From: Raillietiella orientalis
Taxonomy: Eukaryota
Direction: 5' to 3'
Assembly (NCBI GenBank): GCA_036172245.1
Contig: JAYWIR010000025.1
Span: forward strand, 1,240,001 to 1,304,000
DNA length: 64,000 bases
In this document: positions 28,375-39,694 of the stretch, piece by piece
Layout of the letters: each line of letters begins with the position of its first letter
How positions within the stretch are numbered: the first letter of the stretch is position 1
The notes under the pieces: model-generated
What the model saw: only the letters and a program-made list of their open reading frames with translations
Database searches by the model: none
What the model was told of the DNA's origin: nothing
Translations under genes and position numbers: made by a program

Positions 28375-30879
28375 CGTGGGATGGTTCTCGCAGTCAGAAA
28401 AGAATCTTCGATTTTTCTCTTTGAAAATTTTTTTTCTTTGCAATCACCTTTCATGCAAGAAAAGTGAAGGGTGCATCTGCAGGAATGGGAAATTCGAATG
28501 ATGTTTACGTCGCTTTCCTTTCTTACTGGTGTTCGGGCAGCTTCCTCGGTGGAATGTGTGGTTTGCTGTTCCCATCTTATGCGGTCCGAAACTTCATTTC
28601 TAGTTGTCGCTCTTGCCTCGCTCGCCTCCTGAGATGTCGAGAAAGTTGTTCCAGCAGAGATTTGGCTCCAGCTGCTTTCGCAGTCAGATTCGGATCCCGG
28701 AGAAAAGCCAAGCACGTCCCGAGGTGCTCCTCTTTCTGAGGTTGGTTCTTCAGTGGCAGAAAGTCTTCATTTCATGAGGATGCGCCATTACCGACCACTC
28801 TCCTTTTAGGGATGATGAGTCTTTCTTGCGGTTCAGGCGAGCTTACTTGCATTGAATTTCGCCATCTCGTCATGCAAGAACAAAACTCTCTTAGAGTCGA
28901 AGCGCCCCGCGCCCCGGACCTTTGTAAAAATTGCCTGTTGCGAGGCACCTGCCATCTACAAAGGAGCAAACTTCCGTGGAACGGATTAAACGAGCAGAGA
29001 GTCAGCGATCTTTGACACAGGGTAATTCGGCTTATTCGACCGATATCAAGCAAGCCGGGGGACAGACGTTGAGCTCCTGAAAGGACCTCGTGAGCAGAGA
29101 GCTGCCGCCGCGTTCGAGTCTATCCCACGCACGCTTAGATCTGTAAATAACCGGCTTTCTTCCTCGGCGCCGCTCGCAGTTTCATTGTTTTGCTCTTGTT
29201 TCCGCTCGATTTGACTGTTGCCATGGTGTCCACGCCGATTCCTCTCGGCAGACACGTTCGCCGAACAAAGTCCTTTCGCGCTCGAAGCTGCTTCCAGGGT
29301 TACGGCCTTGGCGCCCCGAGAGCAGCAACGGAAAGCGATGACAGCCGATCGACGGTGCGGCCCAACGAAAAGGCCCCCCAGCGTTTGCTTTCTTCCCTGA
29401 CCGCCGAGGTGTTCTCTCTCAACCCGTTCCCGGCCTGGGTAATCACCGGAAGAGGATGCGAGCAAGGAGGGTCGGCAGCACTCTTCGATAGCCATGGAAG
29501 GTCCGTCCCTCTTCGCTCCGCCGGCTCCGAGGAAGGCACCTGTAGCAAAACGCATCTTTCCCACCGTTCCCAGGCAGGACGATGGTTCCTTCGTGCACGA
29601 ACCGAAATCAGCGCCTAGTGCCTTCAGCGGAGGTGCGCCTAGTTCTTGGTTCGTGCGCGCCTAGGAGGCGGAAACCGCGGAAGAGTATCCCGCCAGGAGT
29701 GAGACGGTGCTCCTCATCCCGTTTCCTCTCGAAGGCTAGCGTTCGAGAGCGCTCTCGTTCGAGTGGGGAGGGAGGAGGGGGGAGGGAAGCTGCAGAAGAG
29801 GGAAGGCTTGTTTCCCCTTGTGAGTCGCAGACAGAACTCGATCCATTTGTGCAGAGCGCACGTGGCAGCCCGACTTCCACACGACGGCAGCTCGAGAGCT
29901 GTGGCCTCACTACATGCACACAAGCAAGTCGGCTGCCGAGGCTGGCATTGCAGGCAGAACGCATTTTTTTCCTACGACCGCGGGGGGGAAAGACCCCCTT
30001 CGTTCTCCAGGACTCCAGTACGTTCTGAAACTGGGACCGGCCTCCCCGTCTGTTTCTTCATGCTCCCCCCTCTTTCTGCTTCCGTGCGAGGATTGGTGCC
30101 CCTCCTGCAAGGACGGAGGTTCATCCTCCGCACTCTCTCCGGCGTAGCTCCAGATTCGTCTTCCAGCCCGACGGCAGGTTCCGGACCACGTTCGGACCTC
30201 GGGGATGAATGAATGGTCGAATAGCGGTTTCCATGGCAAAAGTGAGAGCAGAAGGGGTGTGGGTGGTGGCTTGCAGGATCGTTTTCGCCCGGTCGCGCCC
30301 GTCACACACAAGTCAGTGGGAACGCAGTTAGCGAAGGGGAGCAAAAAGTTCATCTGGAGGGTTCGCCGACACACAGGTCGGTTGCCGTGGAAGCTCGGAG
30401 CGGGAGGCAGGAGGGTCGGGAATAAATTGCAAAGAGAAAAGGGGGCTGCCATGCGGGTGGCCTCCCTCCGGTGCGTCGTCGTTTCCAGCAAATGGCGGGG
30501 CCGCGATGGTCGCTCCATCTATCACTAATAGAAACACCGATCGCTGCAATCACGACGCCTGCCGAGTCCACCGCGCGCGAAGAATCACAGCAAGTCTTCG
30601 GCGGTGCCCTCCGTGGGTCTCGGAGAGCACTGTAGCCCGACACAAGGTCCGGGAACGACTCGAACGTCCCCCACATTGAGCACTTACGGGACATCGGTCC
30701 TCCGGAAATCAGGTGCTTACGTCGAAAATCTCAGTGCGGAGACAGCAAGTTTCCACCTCAAGGGAAAGGAACACTGCAGTGTCCACAGACGGGGAGAGAC
30801 CACACTTAGAGGTTCCTCCCTTCGAACAAGTCCGCCCACCCGACGAGTAGTTTGGTGGCGTTCGTCAGCTCGCCCGTCG

Positions 30880-31170
30880 TTCGGCTTTCCATAAGTTCCT
30901 CAATCCCTGCAGTGATGGGGGAGAAATCCCACCCTGCCAATGTTTGCCCGCAGGGTATACAGTGCTGCAGTAAGCAGGGTAATGGCTAGATGAAACGACT
31001 TCGTCCAACCCTGCAGGACATCTCCGAACGGGATGCAGGAGAGAGAGCTCCTCTGGGTGCAGCTTCCGGAGAGGCAGCCCAGGTCTCCACAGTCCCCAGC
31101 CGCCGGGCATTCCAGTTCATAGGGTGGCATGAGATCCAATGGTGGGATCCCAAAAGTGAGGCCAGTCGCC
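30880..31170 (-). mobile_element. Family X copy B (central fragment)
   Basis: 'PMNWNARRLGTVETWAA' and 'CIPFGDVLQG...LLTAALYTLRA' match copies A (11398-11590) and D (57241-57425). Confidence 0.7.
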
Positions 31171-32199
31171 TAAGCAGGAAGCCGAACCTTCCCACCCTCT
31201 GCCGTCTGCGCGGCTGCAATGGCAGGAGCCCTTCGCTGCCGGCGCTGCGCCAAAGGACGAGGGATGCAGGAACATACCACGGTGCGATACACGATTTGGT
31301 GCAGAGTGTCAGTTGTCGGAGCTGCCTCCCTCTCCGCCCAATTTGTCGCAGAGTCAGGGGTGCAGGACTGTCGGCTGTCCGGAGAGGTAGCAGGATCAGT
31401 CAGATGAGCTGGAGTGCTGAAGGCTGGTGTTGAGGCGGTTCCCTGGCTAGAGGGATCGCCGCGCTCAGGACACCACCGTGAAGATAGGTCCGTGTGCATT
31501 GCGAACCCCATAGCGTTCTCATTTTCCCCACGGGGGTCTGCGCACGCGTAGGCTGGGGCTGATTCCTGCTTCGCCCTTCAGCACTCGAGATCTAGAAGCG
31601 AACACCTGCCGAACCTCGTTGGGGTCCCTGAATTCGAAAGGGCATTTGGGAGGCAACACAGGCAGGCAGGCATCGCGTGCTCGCCAGCCGTCGGGAAAGA
31701 GATGCAGCATTTTTTTCCTGCACCCGCTGTTTTTTCCCGTGATGGCAGGAGCAAATCACTCAGCAGTTGAGGCTGCTCAGGAACGCGAGCTGCTGTGTTC
31801 CATCCAACGTACACCTTTTGCAGTGCAGGTGATACTGAGACGCAAATGTTTCGCTCATTCCTTGTTGCTCGGATATTATCCATGGAGATTTGTAGAGATT
31901 TGGTGGTCTTTTCTTCCTGCTGTTTCTCTTACGCTGCTAACATCTTTGTTCCTCCAAGTTTTTTTTCCGCAATGAAAGCTACGATCAGTTGCTTTACAGT
32001 TCTTGCGAGTGTGGTTTGTCCCTATGGAAAAGACTGTGGTTTATTTCGCGTTTCCGGAATAAGTGATGGAAGTGCTGAAGCCAATTACATTCCTTCGCCT
32101 TTCCTGGAGAGTTTCCAAACGGCTTCACTACTGAAGTGCATGTCGCTAATGTAATTGTCATGACCTTCAGGGTATTTATTGTACTCATGAATTCGTAGC

Positions 32200-32900
32200 T
32201 CTCCGCACCGTGATATGGTCCAGCAACAGATGTTTGGATGTTTCGGACTTGAAGGCTTGCGCGGAGGCTGATCTTTGCGGATGCCTTTTCGGAAGTCTTC
32301 GCTTCCATCCGATTGCAGCCGTCTCTGTGCGTCGCACAGATTCCGAAAGGATCAGAAACTCCATTCGCAGCATTCCTCGATTCCGGAAGACCTCTGGTGC
32401 TCTCTAGACCCACGCGAGCACATTATCCAGCACGTTTTTCCCTACTCCGCCCTCGTCCGTGATCTCCGGAACGGAGAAAAAATTTCCGACGAATTCTCAT
32501 GGCGAATGGTACATGACCATATCCGGCCACTGAGTTCTCGCGGAACACAGGTTAAGTGAAGACGAGGCAGCCACGTGATGGTTCTGCCCGTGACGCGATC
32601 GGGCATGGAAAACTTCGCTAGCATTGAATATCGCCGGATCAGAAGATGGAGGCAGCAAAGTGTACCCCTAGGTTCTCCTACAACGTGTACTCAGATCCAA
32701 CATGGAGAATCGATTTCTAGCCAAATGCTGTATCTCCACCTATTCATCTTCTCCAGGTCCCTCTTCGCACCTGGGTTCGGTATTCTTTCGTTGGAACATG
32801 CGACTCCCCGTCCCACACCTTGCTTGCAGTTGTCAGTGGCCAATGCCGCCTTCCAGGCGGCTGCCGCTTCCCGTTCGTGCGCGCACATTTCGGAATTCGT
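32200..32900 (-). mobile_element. Degenerate R2-like non-LTR retrotransposon 3' end (RLE relic)
   Basis: 'AAAAWKAA....QGVGRGV..SNERIPN', 'RYSIWLEI', 'STRCRR', 'RSRHG', 'WPDMV', 'KISLRASLQ' occur in the order of the R2 C-terminal motifs. AATAAA lies just downstream (~32175-32180). Confidence 0.5.
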
Positions 32901-34911
32901 TATGCCGACTGCCTGAAGAACTTCGTTCATGCCTCCTCTTCTCACACCGCGGTTCGTGGAAGAATTTTTCTCACCCTCTCCACTTCCCATCTCTCTTCTT
33001 TTGTGATTCTGAAACACCTCCTTGCTCAACAAAGGAAGACCGAGTATTCGGGAAGAGATACAGGCTGAATCTTAATTTAGCTGCTCCACCTACCCGTTAT
33101 AGTCACAGAGTATTATAGATGATCTCGAGGCTGTGACGCTGATAAATTTCATTCGTATTTGGTGGGGAAGTAGGAAATTTGATGGACGGGTTGTGCTGCC
33201 TACATCCATCAGCGGAAGAGAGCACTTGCACTCTTCTTGCTTACGGAGTGTCATTTGGTCTCATCATGGAAGGTTCTTTCAGTTAGTTGCCAAATGCGCA
33301 CGAGAGGAGTGTTGCGCCATTTGCGCATCTCCTTGCTCACCAGTGCATCACTTTTGCCGATTTCCTCACGTCCGTTTCCTTTTTCTCTTCTACAAGCTGC
33401 AATCGTTCAGGTTTATCCCATCCAAACTTCTGTTCCCCTGTCCACTCATACTGACTGCGTATTCGCATTCCCCTTGACTACTCAGTTTATGCTTTGTAAA
33501 TGTTCCAAGTGCTTCGAAATGTCCAATCAAGAGCTGACCTGGTGCCACCATTACTACGGTTTCCGTTTCTCTTGGTGACATTATGCAGCCTGATGTATGG
33601 AGTATCCAACAGGTATTCTGTTTTCCCTTTATAGAAACAGAAAAGTTTTCTCCCCTAGCAGTACAAGAGAAAGGATTCCCAATTTCCATTACTTATAGTT
33701 AGGATAAATGTCGAATGTCAGGATAATGGTCAGATATTTCAACCCTAGGTTCTACTATAAGTGATCCTTCAAAGGTGATGGAAATCCTTTTGGATTCTTC
33801 TATTTTCGTTGCTTGCCTTCCAACTCTTGTTTGTTTGTTTTTTGATGTTTTTAGGCTCGCTTTCTTGGGAAGGGGGGTCACAAAGCTCTTTACTGCTGTC
33901 CATGCCATCCGAGGACGCATGCAACTCTTAAAGTTAGGGGGTAACCTCAGAGAGACCACCCTAAGGAAGCTCCTAAGGAAAGGTGACCTAGACCTAAGCC
34001 TCCTAGAAGACTCCTAAGGAAGGAAGAAGTCCGTTTCGCTTACGCTTCGCTTGGTAGGGACCCTCTTCCTTATCCTCTCACTTGCCACAGTCAGTTGCAA
34101 ACACTAGACACGGACACAGACACACATGCATTTAGGCATAGATGCACATAGGTGATATGCGCACGTGCACACAGACGTGCAAGAAACAGTTGCCAAATTA
34201 TTATTCCGTATCCAAATTACTACACAGGAGCATAATGAAGCACAATGGGAACTCTTTAGCTAATCCATCAGAAACCGCGTTGTGTGAACTCAGAACTTCA
34301 GCTCAGAACGGAGGCTGATGAAATCGTGTAATTTTATCATGATGCTTAGATGGCGACCGGCCAGCATCGCTTTCTCAATTCACTCACGGTGCTGGAGACG
34401 AAAGGCATGAAACGTCTGTTTGTTTGCAAAGTGCGAGATCCGCACTGACTGGCAGATACTCCAGTTTTCAGTGTTATCTTTCATCCGATCCAGTAATCTT
34501 GGAAATGACCGTCCCGCGACCATAGTGCTGTTTCTACTTGGCGTGATTTGGTACAGAAGTGACTGCATATGAATTCAATTAAATCCAAAATCACTCTGTC
34601 CAACGACTTCCATCTCCGTTCCGAATCGCTTCGCAGAATAGTTTGGAAGGCACATCTTGAAACGTAACGAATCCTCCATTACAAGAAGCTGAGCCACGAT
34701 TGCGATTATGGGAAACTGGCTTGTGGAGTTTGGCCAGTGAAGCTGCTGCCAAGCATCTGCGGCAATTGCAAACAGCCAAAATCGATGAACATAATTTGAA
34801 ATTAAATTTTTATGTCACGAAGATGAAACTGGCCCGAACAATCACAGACTGGAAAACAGGGACTGTAAGATTTTCCTTATTGAAAATGTGCTGATGAGCA
34901 TAAATCATAGG

Positions 34912-34949
34912 AGAGCTGTTGCATCAATCGAAATTGATGCAACAGCTCT
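34912..34949. repeat. Perfect 17-bp inverted repeat with a 4-nt loop
   Basis: agagctgttgcatcaat-cgaa-attgatgcaacagctct. Confidence 0.95.
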
Positions 34950-36931
34950 GGGACCAGAATGGAATCGTGAACTTTCCAAGTAACGTCTACAAATAGGAAA
35001 TGGAGAATGTACAAAATTCCAGTTTGCATCCTCTGCTATTTCTATCCCTCCATCGTCTCAGGGAATTTCCTTCTTGCAATCTGGGAGAAATAGAAAACCG
35101 AACCATCTCTAAGAAAACTTGAGAGATTTTTCTTCTTATACATTTCGAAAGGTCGATTTCGGACCTCTTAGTTTCGTTCCTCTCGTTCGCCCAAACTCAC
35201 GGGGATGGGTTTTTTTCCGAAACGCCTCGGGATCTCACACAGTTCCGCTTCTCGTCCAGAGTACCGCTGAATCGCTTTAATTTGGGTATATCAAGAGGGA
35301 AATGCAGGACAATCTAATACCTGATAATCAGAAGCATAACATTTCGATTTTATGATGTTAAGAGTAACGGATCGATAATTTTCAATGCCATTTCCCCTCC
35401 CATGTCTGTGGCATGCCATTGGGCGGCCATGTTGAGAAAAAAAAAATATCAAGTACATGAAAATTGCTGGTGCTGTTCACTCTGTCTAAGTTGCTAGTGC
35501 TAAATTTAGAAGACGAGGACGGCATTTCCAGCATGCCTCAGACAAGGCGCAAGAACCAGGAAGCCAAGTGGGTATTCGCAGAGTCAGACAATTCCTCTTG
35601 AATGAAGCTTACGTGCGTGAAATGATTTCGTGAAAATGCTTCCGATATCTTAGAATGGACTCCAGTTGATTCACAGATTACATGAAAAGGAATTTTTCTT
35701 AAAAAAAAAAAAAAGAAAAAAACTTCATTTATAGCCCCTAACTGCACAAACAGGCAGAACAGGTAGGCGGTTCCCATCCTTTTCTAGCTTTTGAGGGTCT
35801 GAGTTTACTCCTCTGTTCAGAGGATGAATCAAACCAGATCAGATAGAGGAGAATCGCAGTCCCGGATCGCAGTGTCGGGAGGAATGCTGGCTTCGAAGCA
35901 AAGACAATCAGAAGGATGTCAGGCGCAGGAAAGTCGAGACGTTTCGTGTACAAAGCGCTGTTAGAGGAGGCGTGCGAAACTGAGAATCTCATCTTCAGCT
36001 TCCAGGTGTTTCCGGAAATTTCTTGAAATTTCCACGTGAAAATTTGTGGAGCCCTGAGAATGGGAGTGAAGCACCACGGGAACGACGAAATGCCAAAATC
36101 TGTATGAAGACATTTGCTTTTGCGATTTCTCAAGTTTTTTTCATGACAAGCGTGAAATCAATTTGGAAATTGCGATGTGAAGGTTTGATCAACTCTGAGC
36201 ACAAAATGGGAATATTTAAAATGAGTAGGGACAGCCCCCATTTTTCATTTGTTTTTTTTTTTGTTGTTGTTATCTTCAACGGAAGACTCAAACTAGATCC
36301 GGATTCGAAATTTCTTCAACGATAATGTGAGGTGTCATGTGAGTTTTACCTCCGAACCTCATTCCGTGGTCGGTGACCATTCGCAAGAAACGGAAACTTA
36401 CCACTTGCGAAGAAGCGTGGAGTGTTCTTGAAGGTCACGTGCATTCAGCTCTTACAAATGAAGAAAAGCAAAGGCAAACCTTCATGACCAGTCAAGAAAG
36501 GAAGGGAATGAGTGAGATGTCACTTCGGACTTAACAACCATGAGCCGTGGTAGCCTAAACTTACATAATGCAACAGCGTAGCAATATGGCGTGCTCTTCT
36601 CGCTCACGTTTATTTGCTTCGGAAAAAGAAAAAGAAAATGAGCTTCATGATGTGAGAATGTCGACTTGAGAATCAATATGGACCATGCAGCAACGAAAAC
36701 ATGAGTTTGTAACTCTGATTGCACGCATGCTCTCGAGGAATTTTCTTCATCAGCATAGTTGCTTATACATTTCAAAGGAAATCCAAACGCCGTTACCATT
36801 CCCATTACCGCAGGCGAAGATAATTTCCAGGTAATCTGTAGAGCAATATTGCGCTTGGCTGTAATAAGCCGAAACTGAGACAAAGGTGTTCGTTCAGAAG
36901 AACAGAAGAACCGCGCTTGAATCTGTCCCAT

Positions 36932-37519
36932 CAGAAGTGTGTCTTCGCGGAGTGACGTTAGCACGCGCCATCAGCATGGCGCCCAGCAATGCAATCTCAA
37001 AACACAGCTCGAGAGACTTCCCCGATGGTGCCTGGCTCCGCGGAGGAACTGTTCGCTAGGAGCATGGAACTGGTGTTCCGGGACGAGGTGTTTTGGGAAG
37101 GAGACGGCGCCTCTGCCTGGTGCCTGAGTGGTGGCAGCGAATCATCCAGAGGGCGCCCCCGGTCCCCCGGGACGAGGTGTTTCGAGGAGACGGCGCCTCT
37201 GCCTGGTGCCTGAGTGGTGGCAGCGAATCATCCAGAGGGCGCCCCCGGTCCCCCGGGACGAGGTGTTTCGAGGAGACGGCGCCTCTGCCTGGTGCCTGAG
37301 TGGTGGCAGCGAATCATCCAGAGGGCGCCCCCGGTCCCCCGGAAAGAGGTGTTTCAAGGAGACGGCGTCTCTGCATGGTGCCTGAGAGGTGGCAGCGAAT
37401 CATCGAGGGGACATCGCCGGCCCCCCGCCTCTTACAGGGTGAGCGACCCGAAACGGACCCGCCGCAGAAGTCTGGCTTCCAAGAGGACGGAGTTTTTCTT
37501 TTTCAAGTCGCTCACCCTG
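36932..37519 (+). repeat. ~590-bp element with about four 86-bp tandem units (copy 2) and a 3' inverted repeat
   Basis: Units start at ~37078, 37167, 37253 and 37339. The middle two are identical and the last is diverged. 13-bp IR cagggtgagcgac (37435-37447) / gtcgctcaccctg (37507-37519). Confidence 0.95.
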
Positions 37520-37728
37520 CATGGTGACACGAGGAAGGAAGCATCGCGTGCTTTGCTTTACTTTCCAGGGAAGATAAGGCAGCCATGGAGAATTTTTCGA
37601 AAGGACGAACGGCATAAGCGAAACGTGGTAAGTATAGGTGTTGCTTAGGTGTTGCATAGAAAATGTCGAAGCTTTCATCCCTGCTCTAATGAAGACGGAT
37701 TCGTTTCTGAATGAAAAATGCATCATTA

Positions 37729-37798
37729 TTATTGAGCTTCAGCAGCGTGTCTGTTTCTAACATGAAAATCTACCACCGTTCCCCTATTTTATCGGGGA
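37729..37798 (+). repeat. Left copy of a ~70-bp direct repeat flanking the RLE fragment
   Basis: 64/70 identical to 38431-38500 by manual alignment. Confidence 0.9.
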
Positions 37799-37810
37799 AG
37801 TGGGTGGGGG

Positions 37811-38430
37811 GAAAAAGCACACGCCTCTGACGATGCAGCGCCATGATACTATCCTGGAAATTATCAAGAAGGCCGCAATGGATGAAGCCAAGTGGACTCT
37901 GGTATCAAGTAATCGCAGATTGCCAGGAACCATCTCCACCCTAAAACCAGACCTGGTTTTAGAAAAAAGTGATCGAATAGGTGTGCTGGACATCTCCTGC
38001 CCATTTGAAAATGGAAAGGAGGCGTTCACGACATCGAGGAAAATAAAGGAATCCAGATACCATGATGTCGCCATGCAACTCGGAAACACTGGGAAAATAA
38101 CCAAAGTGCAGGCGATCCTTATCGGTCCACTTAAAGCATGGGATCCTGGAAACAACAACGTTCTACAATACCTAGGAATTCCGAAGAAGAAGCTGATAAG
38201 GCTACGGCTGCGGATGGTAGCCATCTGCATCCGCTTCTCAAGTAGCATCCATGCAACACACACATGTAAGAAGAAAAAATGCAGCCCAACCAGATGATCT
38301 GGACAATGCTCTTACCCGGAAGAGAGCACCGAGGAACCGTGAACACGGAGGGAACATCATTCGCGAAAGATCCTCCAGAGCCATTCCAGCAACAGTTTTT
38401 GTAGCAATCCAAATGCTAAATAGAATAAAA
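37811..38430 (+). mobile_element. 5'-truncated NeSL/Utopia-type RLE non-LTR retrotransposon (open endonuclease domain plus 3' UTR)
   Basis: ORF 37800-38297 contains RHD...KPDLV......DISCPFENG..AF...R..KE.RY...IG.L.AWDP.N...L..LGI, the PD-(D/E)xK RLE signature of NeSL/Utopia-like elements. AATAAA sits immediately before the right direct repeat. Confidence 0.85.
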
Positions 38431-38500
38431 TTATGGAGCTTCACCAGCGTGTCTATTCCTAACATGAAAATCTACCGCCGTTCCCCTATTTTATCGGAGA
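38431..38500 (+). repeat. Right copy of the ~70-bp direct repeat
   Basis: See 37729-37798. Confidence 0.9.
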
Positions 38501-39639
38501 GGTGGATAGGGGACCGAGGATACTTCTCAGGCCACATGGCCGTGGTTGCGCGAATCACATAAGACGTTTCTCTCGGTGGTGGTCGATCCACCCTTGTGCC
38601 TTTGCGATTCGCATGCGATTCCGATGGCTTGCGGTTTTCAGAAGAAGAGGAGCAGAACCGCGGAGCTTTGGAATCCGTTTTGAAGAAACGGACAGGTTGA
38701 ACGATGCCTTTACTTGGCGCGAATGCTCCAATTTGAAAGTTCCTATATCTATATGGTCGTCCTTCTCGGAGGAAGCTCATCGTCGGTATGGCGACCGGAG
38801 CGAGTAGGAAAATCAATATGCAGAGAAGAAGAAGAAAAAAATATAAAGTACTTCGTACCTTCGCTCGTCCCTCAGATAAGTTCTTTGCGAGAAGCTCATG
38901 AGATTGGGAGATTCGCAAGCTGGGCAACGCTCCCCCAACAGAATATGGCGGTGGGGAATTTTCGAGGTGCACGTCTTGCTCAAGCACCAGTTTCATTCAG
39001 GATGTGTTCCCGAAAACTGCAATGAGAGAACCACTTGTCTGAATCATGTGAAAACCGTAACCTGAATATCTTGCTCTTTCACGTTCGAGCGGCAGTTTTC
39101 ATGCAACACAATCAAGAATCTTGTTCTTTTTTGTTTCTTCCTTCACCAAACTGTAAAAGAAAAAAAAAAAAAAAACCTTTGCGCCTAAGTTGTGTGCTGT
39201 TTGGTGATGCATTTTTTTTTTTTTTCTCCGATAATGCGAGCCATCAAACGAGCTTCATTTGCGAAGGCATTCCATGGCCAGTGACCATTTGCGATAAATG
39301 GAAACCGCCCGGCGCGTTCGTGATAACCAAAATTCGGGCGCAGACCGAATTTTCCGCTGCGGGTGCCGAAATCCGATGCGCTGCAGCTCTGCACGCGGCT
39401 CCATTGGAGCCCAATCCCGAAACATCTGATGGGAAGAAACGATATGAACTCGGAGGGAACCGACAGAATGCGTCCCTTTTAGCAAATTTCGATCTTTTCC
39501 GAGTGGAAAACAGCATCCACGTTCATGATGGCGGCAACTGGATTTATAAATAGGCGTCCGTCGTAAACGTCTACTTTTGAAAGTGACCTGCTGCACATGA
39601 AAGCGTGATCCAGACGTGTTATGTGTTTTCAGCATGCCT

Positions 39640-39694
39640 GCTTGCTATTTTAGCCAAAACTGCAAGTACTCGCAGCTATGGCTAAAATAGAAGC
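39640..39694. repeat. Imperfect ~50-bp palindrome
   Basis: ctattttagcca (39645-39656) / tggctaaaatag (39679-39690), with a near-palindromic centre. Confidence 0.8.
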
